Shown in pieces: positions 1 through 10,224 of a stretch of DNA of 64,000 nucleotides. The stretch spans positions 34,092-98,091 of the IMG/VR virus record IMGVR_UViG_3300028299_000132; one strand, written 5' to 3'. Each line of letters starts with the position of its first letter. The stretch's first letter is position 1. The notes below the pieces were generated by a model, which was given only the letters and a program-made list of their open reading frames with translations, was not told the origin of the DNA and did no database searches. This stretch comes from a virus. A program made the position numbers and the translations under genes.

Positions 1-1
1 G

Positions 2-259
2 AGATTTAACACCCCAGAAATTCGCTCTGAAATCAAATACAGAGCAGATCAGATTTGTAAAGAATTGAGAGAATCTGACGCGTTGTATGCTTACAGAAAT
101 GTATGTGATAAGACAAACAATACAGATTATATAATTGGCTTACAAATGGGGATACTTGACACGTACTGCGAAGTAATCAAGGGTATGGGTATTATTGTAA
201 ATCAAATTACCATTCTCAAGAAAGGTACTATAGAATCTTCGGGGTTCTTAACACCATAA
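2..259 (+). CDS. Tail sheath protein, C-terminal fragment (T4 gp18-like), runs off the window start
   Basis: Open frame from nt 2: RFNTPEIRSEIK...YRNVCDKTNNTDYII...LDTYCEVIKGMGIIV, resembling the sheath C-terminal FN..TR / VCDETNNT motif. Confidence 0.8.
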   Translation, partial: RFNTPEIRSEIKYRADQICKELRESDALYAYRNVCDKTNNTDYIIGLQMGILDTYCEVIKGMGIIVNQITILKKGTIESSGFLTP

Positions 260-278
260 CCTATCTAATTAATTTTAC

Positions 279-310
279 TAAAAAAGGGAACAGAAATGTT
301 CCCTTTTTTT
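279..310 (+). terminator. Rho-independent terminator
   Basis: aaaaaagggaac-agaaat-gttccc-ttttttt hairpin after the sheath gene. Confidence 0.85.
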
Positions 311-358
311 ATTTTTAGACCTGTTCATTTTTATATATAGGAGTAAAAGATACTCCAT

Positions 359-2179
359 ATGAATGCTATAGAATTAATAAAAGAAAAGAATAATCGTGGT
401 GGAATAATGTACAATGAAAGATATCTTATGAAAAATTATCTAGATATCTATGAGTTAATAATAAGTTTTTGTAATAAAAATAATTTAGATGATATTTCAT
501 TTAATAGAAAAGTTTATCATTTTGTTAATGACATAAAAGAGAAAAATATAAAGTGTTCTAATCCTTTTTGTGATAATTATGTAGAATTTAAAAATTCTAA
601 TATTGGTTACAGACGATATTGTTCAAATAAATGCGTTGGTAGTGATCCAAAAATTATAAAAATAAAAGAGAAAAAATCTTTAGAAAAATTTGGAACTCGC
701 ACACCAGCTGAATCAGATATAATTAAGGAAAAAATTATAAAAACTAATTTGGAAAAATATGGAAGGAAAGTTCCGATACCAATAAATGAAATAAATAAAA
801 AGTTACAAGAAAAATATAATGTTGAAAATATCTCACAAATAGATTATATAAAAAATAAAGTAAAAGAAACAAAATTATTAAAATATGGTGATTCTGGATA
901 TAATAATTATGAACAAATAAAAAAGACCAATAAAGAAAGATATGGATATGAGTGTTCTTTTCAGAATGAATTAGTTAAAGAAAAAATAAAGAAAAAATTT
1001 CTTATAAAGTATGGTTATGAACATCCTTCTAAGAATGATATAATAAAACAAAAAACGAAGGAGACAATGTTGAAATTATATAATTGTGAAAATCCTTCAC
1101 AATCAGATTATATTCAAAAAATAAAAAGGATTAATAAAATAAATAAAACTTTAAAAAGATATGATTATTTAAATATCATTGATGTTGATTATGATAATAA
1201 AATATTTAAATTTGAATGTGTTAAAGGACATAAATATGAAATTTCTTTTGAATTGTTTCAAAATAGAAAAAGAATAGATACGGAATTATGTATTAAATGT
1301 AATCCAATAAAGTCAAATAGTGGGCAAGAAATTCAGTTACAAGATTATATAAAGTCTAATTATGATGGAAAAATAAGTTTAAATGATAGAAATATTGTTG
1401 GTAAAGAATTAGATATTTACATTCCTGGACTTAAACTAGCGTTTGAATTTAATGGTATTTATTGGCATAATGAATTATATAAATCCCCTAATTATCATTT
1501 AAAAAAGACAGATCTGTGTGAAGAAAAAGGAATACAACTAATACATATATATCAAGATGATTGGATTTATAAAAACGATATTGTTAAATCAATGATATTA
1601 AATAAGTTAGGAAAAACCGAAAATAAAATTTATGCCCGTAAAACAGAAATTCGTGAAATAACTGATAATAAATTAATCAGAGAGTTTTTAGAAAAAAATC
1701 ATATTCAAGGATTTATTGGAAGTAAAATAAAATTAGGATTATTTTATAATGAAGAATTAGTTAGTTTAATGATTTTTGGTAATTTAAGAAAAAATTTAGG
1801 AACAATTAAAAATGAGAACCATTATGAATTATTGAGATTTTGTTCCAAATTAAATACAAATGTTGTTGGTGGGGCTAATAAATTATTTAAGTATTTTATT
1901 AATGAATATAAACCAGAATCTGTAATAAGTTACGCGAATCGTTCATGGACTAAAACTGATGATAATCTATATCTAAATTTAGGATTTAATTTTGTTCATA
2001 AAACACAATCAAATTATCATTATGTAGTTGATGGAGTCAGAAGAAACAGATTTTTATATAGAAAGGATGTTTTGATTAAAGAAGGATATTCTCCAGATAA
2101 AACAGAAAGAGATATTATGTTTGAGAGAGAAATTTATAGAATTTATGATAGTGGGTGTTTGAAATTTGAATTTATTTAA
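359..2179 (+). CDS. Putative homing endonuclease-like protein (KYG repeat region, PD-(D/E)xK nuclease, C-terminal GNAT-like region)
   Basis: Repeated T.LEKYG..N motifs, ELDIYIP..KLAFEFNGIYWH nuclease motif, FLEKNHIQG/SYANRSW/IYDSG C-terminus; directly follows the sheath gene. Confidence 0.7.
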   Translation: MNAIELIKEKNNRGGIMYNERYLMKNYLDIYELIISFCNKNNLDDISFNRKVYHFVNDIKEKNIKCSNPFCDNYVEFKNSNIGYRRYCSNKCVGSDPKIIKIKEKKSLEKFGTRTPAESDIIKEKIIKTNLEKYGRKVPIPINEINKKLQEKYNVENISQIDYIKNKVKETKLLKYGDSGYNNYEQIKKTNKERYGYECSFQNELVKEKIKKKFLIKYGYEHPSKNDIIKQKTKETMLKLYNCENPSQSDYIQKIKRINKINKTLKRYDYLNIIDVDYDNKIFKFECVKGHKYEISFELFQNRKRIDTELCIKCNPIKSNSGQEIQLQDYIKSNYDGKISLNDRNIVGKELDIYIPGLKLAFEFNGIYWHNELYKSPNYHLKKTDLCEEKGIQLIHIYQDDWIYKNDIVKSMILNKLGKTENKIYARKTEIREITDNKLIREFLEKNHIQGFIGSKIKLGLFYNEELVSLMIFGNLRKNLGTIKNENHYELLRFCSKLNTNVVGGANKLFKYFINEYKPESVISYANRSWTKTDDNLYLNLGFNFVHKTQSNYHYVVDGVRRNRFLYRKDVLIKEGYSPDKTERDIMFEREIYRIYDSGCLKFEFI

Positions 2180-3275
2180 TTATTTCATTTTTAAACTCAT
2201 TTTTTAATTTCAAAAATATTTTAAATATTTTTATTTCCGAATCATTTAATTTTGTGTCTGTCCAATATCCAGGGTGTTTTTGAATTGTTGAATCATCTAG
2301 TTTCTTTTTGAAATCTATAAGCGTATGTACATTATTTTCACCAGTATTTCGGTCACTAGTCAAAATTATATCATTATAATCAATCATAAGAAATGTATAC
2401 CCATCTTGTATTTGTTTAAATTCAGCTATATATGAATTATTTTTTATTTTTTTATTTAAAATAACAACCCAGAAATACCCATCTATGATATGTTGGTTGT
2501 ATATTTTCTCAGATATAGTACACCAGTATGGGTATTTTATTATATTCATTGATTCATAAGTGAATGGTTGATAAATCAACCATTCATCATCTTCATAATA
2601 TATTTTTATATCATTTGATTTTTTTAATTTTGATATATTATCTGCACTTATTAATGATTCAGTGCCTCTAACATATTTTATCCATTCTTTAGGAGTCTCA
2701 AACATAGATATTTTACCTCTCAATAGACCAATATCTATATTATCAATAAATCTTTTTTTATCAAATCGTCCAGGATTAAATAGAACATTTCTAAGATTAA
2801 AAAAATTATCTTTCTTCCTATCCTTTAATTCTTTTTTTAAAAATCCAGGAGCCCATTTATCTATAAATTTATTTGTATCTATATCTTTTTTAATGTTGTT
2901 TATATCTATTATAAGAGAAGAATGATAATTATCTATCTGTTTAATATATTTATCTATGTCTATTTTAATATTGTGATTAACAATTAAATCAATACACCTC
3001 ATTATGTTATCTAATATAGATTTCTTATCTCTTCCATTACGATTATATAATTCTAGATATAATAATCTAGTGAACAAATATAAATATCCAAGTTTACCTA
3101 AAGATTTTAAATTATTTTTTATTATTGAGTATATTTCTAAAAAATTCTTCCATTCCTCATCTGTTTGTAAATACCTACCCTCCATCCCACCGTGTTTTGA
3201 TGTCCCTTTAGGTCTATTATTTACAAATTTTTCAGCTTGCTGTAAATTTTCAAATATTTTATAATCTTTTATCAT
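2172..3275 (-). CDS. Hypothetical protein with CTS-like N-terminus (MIKDYKIFEN)
   Basis: 367-aa ORF; N-terminal tag; YPYWCTI motif. Confidence 0.7.
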   Translation of the reverse strand: MIKDYKIFENLQQAEKFVNNRPKGTSKHGGMEGRYLQTDEEWKNFLEIYSIIKNNLKSLGKLGYLYLFTRLLYLELYNRNGRDKKSILDNIMRCIDLIVNHNIKIDIDKYIKQIDNYHSSLIIDINNIKKDIDTNKFIDKWAPGFLKKELKDRKKDNFFNLRNVLFNPGRFDKKRFIDNIDIGLLRGKISMFETPKEWIKYVRGTESLISADNISKLKKSNDIKIYYEDDEWLIYQPFTYESMNIIKYPYWCTISEKIYNQHIIDGYFWVVILNKKIKNNSYIAEFKQIQDGYTFLMIDYNDIILTSDRNTGENNVHTLIDFKKKLDDSTIQKHPGYWTDTKLNDSEIKIFKIFLKLKNEFKNEIIK

Positions 3276-4504
3276 AGATATTTAGACATTAATTTTAATA
3301 GTTCTCCTCTATTTATTGGTTTTGATATGTACTCATTACATCCTAATTTCATCATACGGTCTTTATCATCCATGTACGCGAACGCGGATTGAACTATGAT
3401 TGGTATATTATTTTTATTACCCCTTATTATTTCTATGATTTTATCACCATCAATATCTGGTAATCTTATATCTAACAATAATAAATCATATTTTTTATTT
3501 TTTACCATTTCTAAACATTCCTTTCCTGTTTTAGCCCAATCTAAATTACATAATGTTGAATGTAATATTTCTCGTATTAGATTAAAATTATCTTTTATAT
3601 CCTCAGTAATAAGTATTTCTTTATGGATAAAATCATAATCAATTAACTTTTCAGATTTTTCTATTTTTTCCTCACTTACTTCAACTGGTAAAATAAAATA
3701 AAATTCTGTTCCTTTATTTAGTTCTGATTTTACATAAATTTTTCCACCAAGTAATTCTATTATTCCTTTTGATATTGATAATCCAAGTCCAGTTCCTTTT
3801 AAATATTCTTTTCTATTAACTTGGTAAAATCTATTAAAAATTTCTTCTTGATCTTCTTCACTTATACCAATCCCAGTGTCTTTAACATAGAATTTTATAT
3901 TATTATTTTCTACAATTTCACATCCATATTCAATAAATCCTTTATCCGTGAATTTTATTGAATTACTTATTAGATTATCAATCACTTGTTTTAATCTAGT
4001 TCTATCTGAAATAATATTACAATCATCTAAATCTTCTGGTAAATAATATAATAATTTTATTTTTTTATTTAGTAATTTTTGATTTATTGAAAACGATTCA
4101 TATATTTCTTCAATTAAATTATATAAAGAAAATGATATTTTTTCTAATCTTAACTCACCGACTTCTATTTTAGAAAAATCAATTATATCATTTATTAATG
4201 ACATTAATTGACTCCCATTTTTATTTATAACATCTAGATATTTTTTTATTTGTTGTTCATTGAATCCATTTGTTGTTAATAATTCAGAAAATCCTATTAT
4301 ACTATTCATAGGAGTTCTTATTTCATGACTCATATTCGCTAAGAACATTGATTTGAGTCTATCGGATTTTTCAGCTTTTTCTTTTTCTTCTTTTAATCTT
4401 TCGTTTTTCTCTGTTAACTCCTTAATAATTTCTCTTAACTCTAATTCTAATTCTCTAATCTCATTTTCTTTCTTATGTTCAAGAAATTCTTTACCATTAG
4501 CCAT
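3272..4504 (-). CDS. Hybrid histidine kinase/response regulator without a sensor domain
   Basis: FLANMSHEIRTPMN (HisKA), NLISNSIKFT, DTGIG, GTGLGLSI (HATPase), C-terminal receiver ILITED/LLDIRLP/ISKP. Confidence 0.95.
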   Translation of the reverse strand: MANGKEFLEHKKENEIRELELELREIIKELTEKNERLKEEKEKAEKSDRLKSMFLANMSHEIRTPMNSIIGFSELLTTNGFNEQQIKKYLDVINKNGSQLMSLINDIIDFSKIEVGELRLEKISFSLYNLIEEIYESFSINQKLLNKKIKLLYYLPEDLDDCNIISDRTRLKQVIDNLISNSIKFTDKGFIEYGCEIVENNNIKFYVKDTGIGISEEDQEEIFNRFYQVNRKEYLKGTGLGLSISKGIIELLGGKIYVKSELNKGTEFYFILPVEVSEEKIEKSEKLIDYDFIHKEILITEDIKDNFNLIREILHSTLCNLDWAKTGKECLEMVKNKKYDLLLLDIRLPDIDGDKIIEIIRGNKNNIPIIVQSAFAYMDDKDRMMKLGCNEYISKPINRGELLKLMSKYL

Positions 4505-4518
4505 TTTAATAATTTTTT

Positions 4519-4773
4519 TTATCTAATATTCCAATTTTGAGGTAATATTTCTAATTTTCCCATTTCTTTAGCTCTTTTTACAATCCATCTTTTAGTTTTG
4601 TCTGGATCTTTCGCTCTACCCCAAGATTTAATCGCGTTTTTCAAATCTTGGACTGTTACAATAGGAAAACTTCCATCTTTCATCGCTTTTCCTTTATCAG
4701 CTAAGTCTCCACGTTTTTCTGATGAGAATTTTCTTTCCAATAAATATTCTCCAAATAATTTTAAATGATTCAT
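4519..4773 (-). CDS. Small phage protein with GKAMKDGSFPI..DLKNAI motif, CTS-like N-terminus
   Basis: Motif typical of phage capsid-maturation-associated small domains; MNHLKLFGEYLLE start. Confidence 0.6.
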   Translation of the reverse strand: MNHLKLFGEYLLERKFSSEKRGDLADKGKAMKDGSFPIVTVQDLKNAIKSWGRAKDPDKTKRWIVKRAKEMGKLEILPQNWNIR

Positions 4774-4782
4774 TTTAATTTA

Positions 4783-4950
4783 TTATTTTTTAATAAATTC
4801 AACAGATATATTACCTGTATCGTAATCAATGTCAGTTATAACCGCGTCTAGGAGAGTATCACCTTCCTTATATTTTATTTCTTGATCAATTTCGTAATCA
4901 TCCACGACATAATCATCTGGATCTAGAATTTTTACATTCATATATTTCAT
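4783..4950 (-). CDS. Small hypothetical protein (55 aa, not in ORF track)
   Basis: MKYMNVKILDPDDYVV...NISVEFIKK; ATG overlaps the TAA of the upstream gene and fills the gap. Confidence 0.7.
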   Translation of the reverse strand: MKYMNVKILDPDDYVVDDYEIDQEIKYKEGDTLLDAVITDIDYDTGNISVEFIKK

Positions 4951-5303
4951 TAACCTCTAATGTTTTTTAATAATCCATTCATTGAACTTCCAAAAAACGC
5001 TGCTGGATCAACTTGTTCAATTGGTTCATTTGTAGCTCTAACTGGTTTATGAGAGTTCATAGAATAAGGACTTGTTTTGAAATCTCCATAATAATCATAT
5101 TTACTAGTTTTTTGACCATTTCTCATTATTTCAATATTATGAGAAAAATGTTGTTCCATCAAACTTGTATCATCCTGTATAACAGTTGGTTGTGTTGGTT
5201 CAACATTTTGAAAACTATTTACCTGATTATCAAAATATTGACTTAACGCTTCGTGTTCACTATTTCGTCTAGTTATCTTAAAATTTCCCATTATTCTCTC
5301 CAT
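4950..5303 (-). CDS. Hypothetical protein
   Basis: 117-aa ORF in a tightly packed minus-strand run. Confidence 0.7.
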   Translation of the reverse strand: MERIMGNFKITRRNSEHEALSQYFDNQVNSFQNVEPTQPTVIQDDTSLMEQHFSHNIEIMRNGQKTSKYDYYGDFKTSPYSMNSHKPVRATNEPIEQVDPAAFFGSSMNGLLKNIRG

Positions 5304-5304
5304 A

Positions 5305-5781
5305 TTATCCTCTTGTATTTTGTATAATAAGTTTTATCATATCTAGTCTAATATCATCTGTACACCAGTATCCTAACTCTTCATTATAGTCCAATTCTAT
5401 AAAGTATGAGGTAATCATATCATATTCCTGAAATGTGATTTTTATTATCTCTCCACTAGGAATAAACAACAAATCTATAAAATCATCATTTTTCATTTTC
5501 TTTTTCATATTTTTACCATTACGATAAATTGACTCAAATATACTATTATTTTCCCTATATTTCAATTCTTTTGTGAATATTTCTATGAGATTTTTCCCAC
5601 GATTCTTACCATATACTTTAATATGTTTTTGAACATACGGAATGAGATTATTTAACTGACTATTTGTTATATTTTTTAATTTTATTCTTCTACCTTCTTT
5701 GGTTGACCAAACAAAATCATTTCTCAATTTAAGGAATTTATCATCAAAATCTATATCTTCAAATAATTTTAAATATTTCAT
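5305..5781 (-). CDS. Tagged protein with C-terminal PSGE-family domain
   Basis: MKYLKLFEDIDFDD start; DLLFIPSGEIIKIT. Confidence 0.75.
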   Translation of the reverse strand: MKYLKLFEDIDFDDKFLKLRNDFVWSTKEGRRIKLKNITNSQLNNLIPYVQKHIKVYGKNRGKNLIEIFTKELKYRENNSIFESIYRNGKNMKKKMKNDDFIDLLFIPSGEIIKITFQEYDMITSYFIELDYNEELGYWCTDDIRLDMIKLIIQNTRG

Positions 5782-5785
5782 ATTC

Positions 5786-6751
5786 TTATTTTACAATTTT
5801 TAAAAATAGATCAAATTTTATTTCCTTTCTACCATCTTTAGTATAACTTCCCGAACTTGGTGAATAGTATCCACCAATAGTATAATTATAATTAATATCC
5901 CAATTCCCCCATTTTATTGATTGTAATACCCTCTTATTTTTTTCTGTTACTTTAATACACCAATTTTGTGGTACTTTTGGTTTTGGTTCTTCTTCTTCAT
6001 ATTCCCAATCATTTTCATCAAAATCTATACTTTCCTTTATATTACCAATTACTGTAATTCTATCATCTCCTATTAATGATATATTATCCCCACTATTGAC
6101 AACTTTACAGAATTCTATTCTAGGATAATCGTAGTTATTGTATTCTGGTACTAATGATGGCACCTTAAATTCTTTGACAGAAATCTTTCTCCATGATTTA
6201 TATATCTTCTCCTCTTTTTTATATTCATATACATGTATTTTTTTACCACTTATATTATCATTTAACCAGTTTATAAATTTGTGAATATCTTTACCTACGT
6301 GTTCATATAATTCATATAATATAAATTCCTCTTTATCAAATGGTTCCTCATCTTCATAATCCCAATCATCAAAGTCAATTGATTCAGTTATTACTTTTTG
6401 AAAATAATCATCCATTTTTTCATCATCTTCAACAAAAAATTTCCATCCAGAGTGAGGTAGTTCTATTTTTCCCCTAAAAAAATACACTGTAACCTTCTGA
6501 TGTGGATGATTCTTCCTAGTTCTATTAGAAGTATAGGCATCAGTATAGACACCAGTTTTATCTTTTCTTATTCTTTCAATCTTTAATTCTTCACCAACAT
6601 CAAATTCTGACGCGAATCTAAATACGGGGTGTTCATAAGACTTTATACATCTGACTATATCACCAGCTTTAAACTTATCTCCAATTGTTTCTGGTTCATT
6701 TTCCCAATCAAAATCAAAATCTATTTCTTCGTATAATTTAATATATTTCAT
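5786..6751 (-). CDS. Tagged modular protein (3 acidic-tag units)
   Basis: MKYIKLYEEIDFDFDWENEP; internal ITESIDFDDWDYEDEEP and IKESIDFDENDWEYEEEEP. Confidence 0.8.
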   Translation of the reverse strand: MKYIKLYEEIDFDFDWENEPETIGDKFKAGDIVRCIKSYEHPVFRFASEFDVGEELKIERIRKDKTGVYTDAYTSNRTRKNHPHQKVTVYFFRGKIELPHSGWKFFVEDDEKMDDYFQKVITESIDFDDWDYEDEEPFDKEEFILYELYEHVGKDIHKFINWLNDNISGKKIHVYEYKKEEKIYKSWRKISVKEFKVPSLVPEYNNYDYPRIEFCKVVNSGDNISLIGDDRITVIGNIKESIDFDENDWEYEEEEPKPKVPQNWCIKVTEKNKRVLQSIKWGNWDINYNYTIGGYYSPSSGSYTKDGRKEIKFDLFLKIVK

Positions 6752-6816
6752 AGTACAGTTATATATTTAATTTTAATCTCCGTTTTTTAATATATATCAA
6801 AAAACAATATGTATTT

Positions 6817-7437
6817 ATGAATGACGATGAATTAAAGAAAATTAAACTAACAACAAATATTGAAAATCTAAAACAGACAATTAAAGACTTAAAGGATGAG
6901 AGTTCAATGAATATTAATGATTTGATACCAAATAACATATTACCTGGATTAAATATAGAGATATATGATTATGATAAAGATATTGAGTTAATAAAAGAGG
7001 AGTCAGAGGAGACTTTAGAATGTATATCTAGTTTATATTTAAATGATGAAACAATGATGAATAAGAATATAAATCGACTGATAAAAAATGATGCAGATGA
7101 AATAGGTGATATAAAATTTTCATTGTCTTGTGCGAAACGAGGTTTAATAAATTGTATGACACAACTAGACTCTGGTTCGAATGACCCTGAAATGCATAAC
7201 GCTGTTAATTCATACCAAAAAGAAATCAGAGAGTCAAATAAAACAATTCATGATTTATTAAATAAAATGAAGATATTTTATAAAGATTTAAGGGATGAAT
7301 TAAAAACCGATAATAATATAAATGTTGGTAAAGAACTTTTGGATTATGATGGTGATGATTTAAAAATTGTTGATAAATCAGAGATGAATAGATTAATAGA
7401 ACAATATAAAAAAGATCCAACTCTACTTAAAGAATAA
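6817..7437 (+). CDS. Hypothetical helical/coiled-coil protein
   Basis: 206-aa ORF preceded by TAATATATA motif. Confidence 0.7.
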   Translation: MNDDELKKIKLTTNIENLKQTIKDLKDESSMNINDLIPNNILPGLNIEIYDYDKDIELIKEESEETLECISSLYLNDETMMNKNINRLIKNDADEIGDIKFSLSCAKRGLINCMTQLDSGSNDPEMHNAVNSYQKEIRESNKTIHDLLNKMKIFYKDLRDELKTDNNINVGKELLDYDGDDLKIVDKSEMNRLIEQYKKDPTLLKE

Positions 7438-7653
7438 TTCCGTTAATATATTCATTATTTTTTCTCTGTCTTTATCTTCATAAAAATATGAATATATTGG
7501 AATATATTTAATATTCATATAATCTTCCGAGAACGCTACAAAATAAACTAATTTTTCTTGTTTTAGATTATATAATTCAAAATCAGTGATTTCTAATATT
7601 TCTCCACTAGGATATCCAACTAAATCTAATATTTTTTTATTTGATTTCTTCAT
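7423..7653 (-). CDS. PSGE-family paralog
   Basis: LDLVGYPSGEILEIT. Confidence 0.75.
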   Translation of the reverse strand: MKKSNKKILDLVGYPSGEILEITDFELYNLKQEKLVYFVAFSEDYMNIKYIPIYSYFYEDKDREKIMNILTELFFK

Positions 7654-8059
7654 TTACATCCCTAACCTTTTCTATATCATCTTTTATATATACACCATCA
7701 GTACCTCTGAATTTAACCATATATAATATATCACTAGGACTATATATCTTACTTAAATTTCTTCCATTAATTAACTGTCCATCATATTCAATAATATCAA
7801 CTACCTCTCCAACTTTTCCTATTTTCTTGATTCTTACAACAGTACCTTTTTTAATTTCATATAATATTTCTATTATTTCATCATAATCTTCATCATTAAA
7901 TTCCCAATATTCCCCCTCCATACCTACATCGTAATTGATGTTAATATATGGTAATAATATATAAGCTTCATCATTTGTTATTGTTATTATTTGACCACTT
8001 GGTAGTCCAACCAAGATATCATCTTCAAATCTATCATATCTATTTGGATCATAATGCAT
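7637..8059 (-). CDS. PSGE-family paralog with C-terminal SH3/KOW-like region
   Basis: DILVGLPSGQIITIT; IKKGTVVRIKKIGKVGEV. Confidence 0.75.
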   Translation of the reverse strand: MHYDPNRYDRFEDDILVGLPSGQIITITNDEAYILLPYININYDVGMEGEYWEFNDEDYDEIIEILYEIKKGTVVRIKKIGKVGEVVDIIEYDGQLINGRNLSKIYSPSDILYMVKFRGTDGVYIKDDIEKVRDVNEEIK

Positions 8060-8453
8060 CTTGCACTAAAAATATTTTTTGATTATTTAAGTTCCCTTTC
8101 AATAGATTTTCTAGATTGACATAAATCTGTAATTCGAATTCTATACGATTATCACCAAATGTTACAGCGTAACCATCTTTTCCTAACGAACTCGCTATCA
8201 CTCCAGTTATTCTACCATATCCATGTAATTGATGAAAGATTTTATCTCCTATTTTAATATTGTAAAAAATCATACTCTTTATATCCTCCCTCAAATCATC
8301 TCTAAATACATAAGAATCTATTTTTACACCATTAAAATATTCTAAATATTTAACAAATTTTACAAGTACTAAATCATATAAAGACGATTCTCTACATTTC
8401 AAAACCTCTCCACTAGGAATTCCAACGATATCAGTAATTGGCCCTCTTTTCAT
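8049..8453 (-). CDS. PSGE-family paralog with C-terminal SH3-like region
   Basis: DIVGIPSGEVLK; IKIGDKIFHQLHGYGRI. Confidence 0.75.
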   Translation of the reverse strand: MKRGPITDIVGIPSGEVLKCRESSLYDLVLVKFVKYLEYFNGVKIDSYVFRDDLREDIKSMIFYNIKIGDKIFHQLHGYGRITGVIASSLGKDGYAVTFGDNRIEFELQIYVNLENLLKGNLNNQKIFLVQDAL

Positions 8454-8611
8454 AAACTAACTTGTCGTATTATATTTTTATTTGTGTCTTTATAAATAAA
8501 ACATTCAAATTCAAAACTCCAATATACTAATTTTCTTTTTAATAAAAAATCTGCACTAGCTTTTTCTTTTTTCATAACCTCACCACTTGGGTATCCATAT
8601 ATTTCAATCAT
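8450..8611 (-). CDS. PSGE-family paralog (53 aa, not in ORF track)
   Basis: MIEIYGYPSGEVMKKEK...RQVSL; ATGA overlaps at both ends. Confidence 0.8.
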   Translation of the reverse strand: MIEIYGYPSGEVMKKEKASADFLLKRKLVYWSFEFECFIYKDTNKNIIRQVSL

Positions 8612-8823
8612 ATTTCATCAATATAAAAAATCTTATACTTATATTCATCTTTTGATATGTACCCGTGAACATCTTTCATATCACCATCAATATCAACAAA
8701 TCTTTTGTATGTTATAAATTTAGTACTAATTAATTTATTTAAATTTCTTCTATTAACTGTAATAACCTCACCACTAGGTAATAATAAAATTTCAAATGTT
8801 TTTTCATCAAATCTTAAAACCAT
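8608..8823 (-). CDS. PSGE-family paralog
   Basis: FEILLLPSGEVITV. Confidence 0.75.
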   Translation of the reverse strand: MVLRFDEKTFEILLLPSGEVITVNRRNLNKLISTKFITYKRFVDIDGDMKDVHGYISKDEYKYKIFYIDEI

Positions 8824-8859
8824 AGTACAAAATTAATGATTTTTTTTTATAAAAAAAAA

Positions 8860-10224
8860 TCAAAGAGTTCTTATTTGATGAACCATCAAAACTTTTTCAT
8901 TCATAACTCTTTGAATTTTTTTTGGTTCTACTGGTCTATCCCACATCATTGATATACGCCATCTGACACCAGATAAATCATCTATTATTTTATTTTTGAA
9001 TAAATCTATCCATTTTAAACCATTTAAATTACCTGATCCTTCAAAAACTCCCATTATATTTGAAAGATTTCCGATACCTGGATGACCACCAACTTTCGTA
9101 AATATTTTTCTGTAATGAAATTCTTGTCTAAAGAAATCTAAAACATGATGTGTATAATCACCAAGATCTTCAACAATATAACCATCTTTCAATCTAGGTA
9201 ATTCTTCTCTTTGGATATTAGCTATCCCATTTGTATCCGCTACTTGTAAAGATGGTCCAAATTGTAACATAATAAAATCAACTCTGTGCCCTCTTAAACC
9301 TTCTGTGTTTCTTAAATCTTGATTAATTATCGCTCTCGCTCTTAACGCATTTGCCCAAGTACCAGCTGGTACATATGCCATTCTACCAATTATTTGATAT
9401 CCATCTTTTTTAATAACTCCACCACCCCACCATTTATCGTAAAATTCTTTTTGATCATTATATACAACTTTTTGTTCCTTTCCTCTAGTTCTTTCTGACA
9501 TTATTCTAATTCTTTCTCTACCATCTGTTATAAAATCTTTTTCTACACCTCTTCTGTCAACATTATTCTCAGGATATAACATTTTGAAATTAAGGAATAT
9601 ATTTATTATAGATAATGATGCGTTGTGAGCTACCTCTATTAGAGTTCTATAATCACCTCTTTTTATTAATTGATTAAACGCGCCCGCGAAAAATAGTTTT
9701 GGTTTATCAAATTGTCTTATATCATTTAAATTAAAATTCAAAATAGTTTCTATATCAACATCATACATTTGATATTTCGCACCATCTACCATATCAATAA
9801 CATCCAATATTACAGAATCAGTTGGTAATCCTAATTGTAAACATATTCCTTCGTACGCACTGCTTGTTTTTGTTTTTATTGAATTTAGACTCTGTTTTTC
9901 TATATCTCCACCCTTTTCAACAAAAGACCCATGATGGTCAATATAAACATCAACTTCATCATTATCTTCTGCATAATCAAGAGCTATGTTTATATAACGA
10001 TCATCTAATTGTATGTTACGCCACCCTTCCTGGTAATTTACCACACCATATCCAACAATTTCGAATCCATGATTTCGTAGATAATCTCTCATAACAATTG
10101 CACTCATAATTCCATCTAGGTCATCGTGCATGAATATCATACATTGTTTCCCTACTTTACCTTTTTCTATCCAATATTCTTCTGAATTTGTTATTGTAGG
10201 AGCTCCTTCAAATAGTTTTCTCAT
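8860..10224 (-). CDS. DHH-family phosphoesterase-like protein
   Basis: HDDLDG, ALDYA, IDHHG and GGHPGIG motifs; MRKLFE start. Confidence 0.75.
   Translation of the reverse strand: MRKLFEGAPTITNSEEYWIEKGKVGKQCMIFMHDDLDGIMSAIVMRDYLRNHGFEIVGYGVVNYQEGWRNIQLDDRYINIALDYAEDNDEVDVYIDHHGSFVEKGGDIEKQSLNSIKTKTSSAYEGICLQLGLPTDSVILDVIDMVDGAKYQMYDVDIETILNFNLNDIRQFDKPKLFFAGAFNQLIKRGDYRTLIEVAHNASLSIINIFLNFKMLYPENNVDRRGVEKDFITDGRERIRIMSERTRGKEQKVVYNDQKEFYDKWWGGGVIKKDGYQIIGRMAYVPAGTWANALRARAIINQDLRNTEGLRGHRVDFIMLQFGPSLQVADTNGIANIQREELPRLKDGYIVEDLGDYTHHVLDFFRQEFHYRKIFTKVGGHPGIGNLSNIMGVFEGSGNLNGLKWIDLFKNKIIDDLSGVRWRISMMWDRPVEPKKIQRVMNEKVLMVHQIRTL

Noticed and set aside
1-5500. Apparent abundance of CTAG/TCTAGA
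   Set aside because: A rough count in the first 5.5 kb is close to expectation for this base composition.
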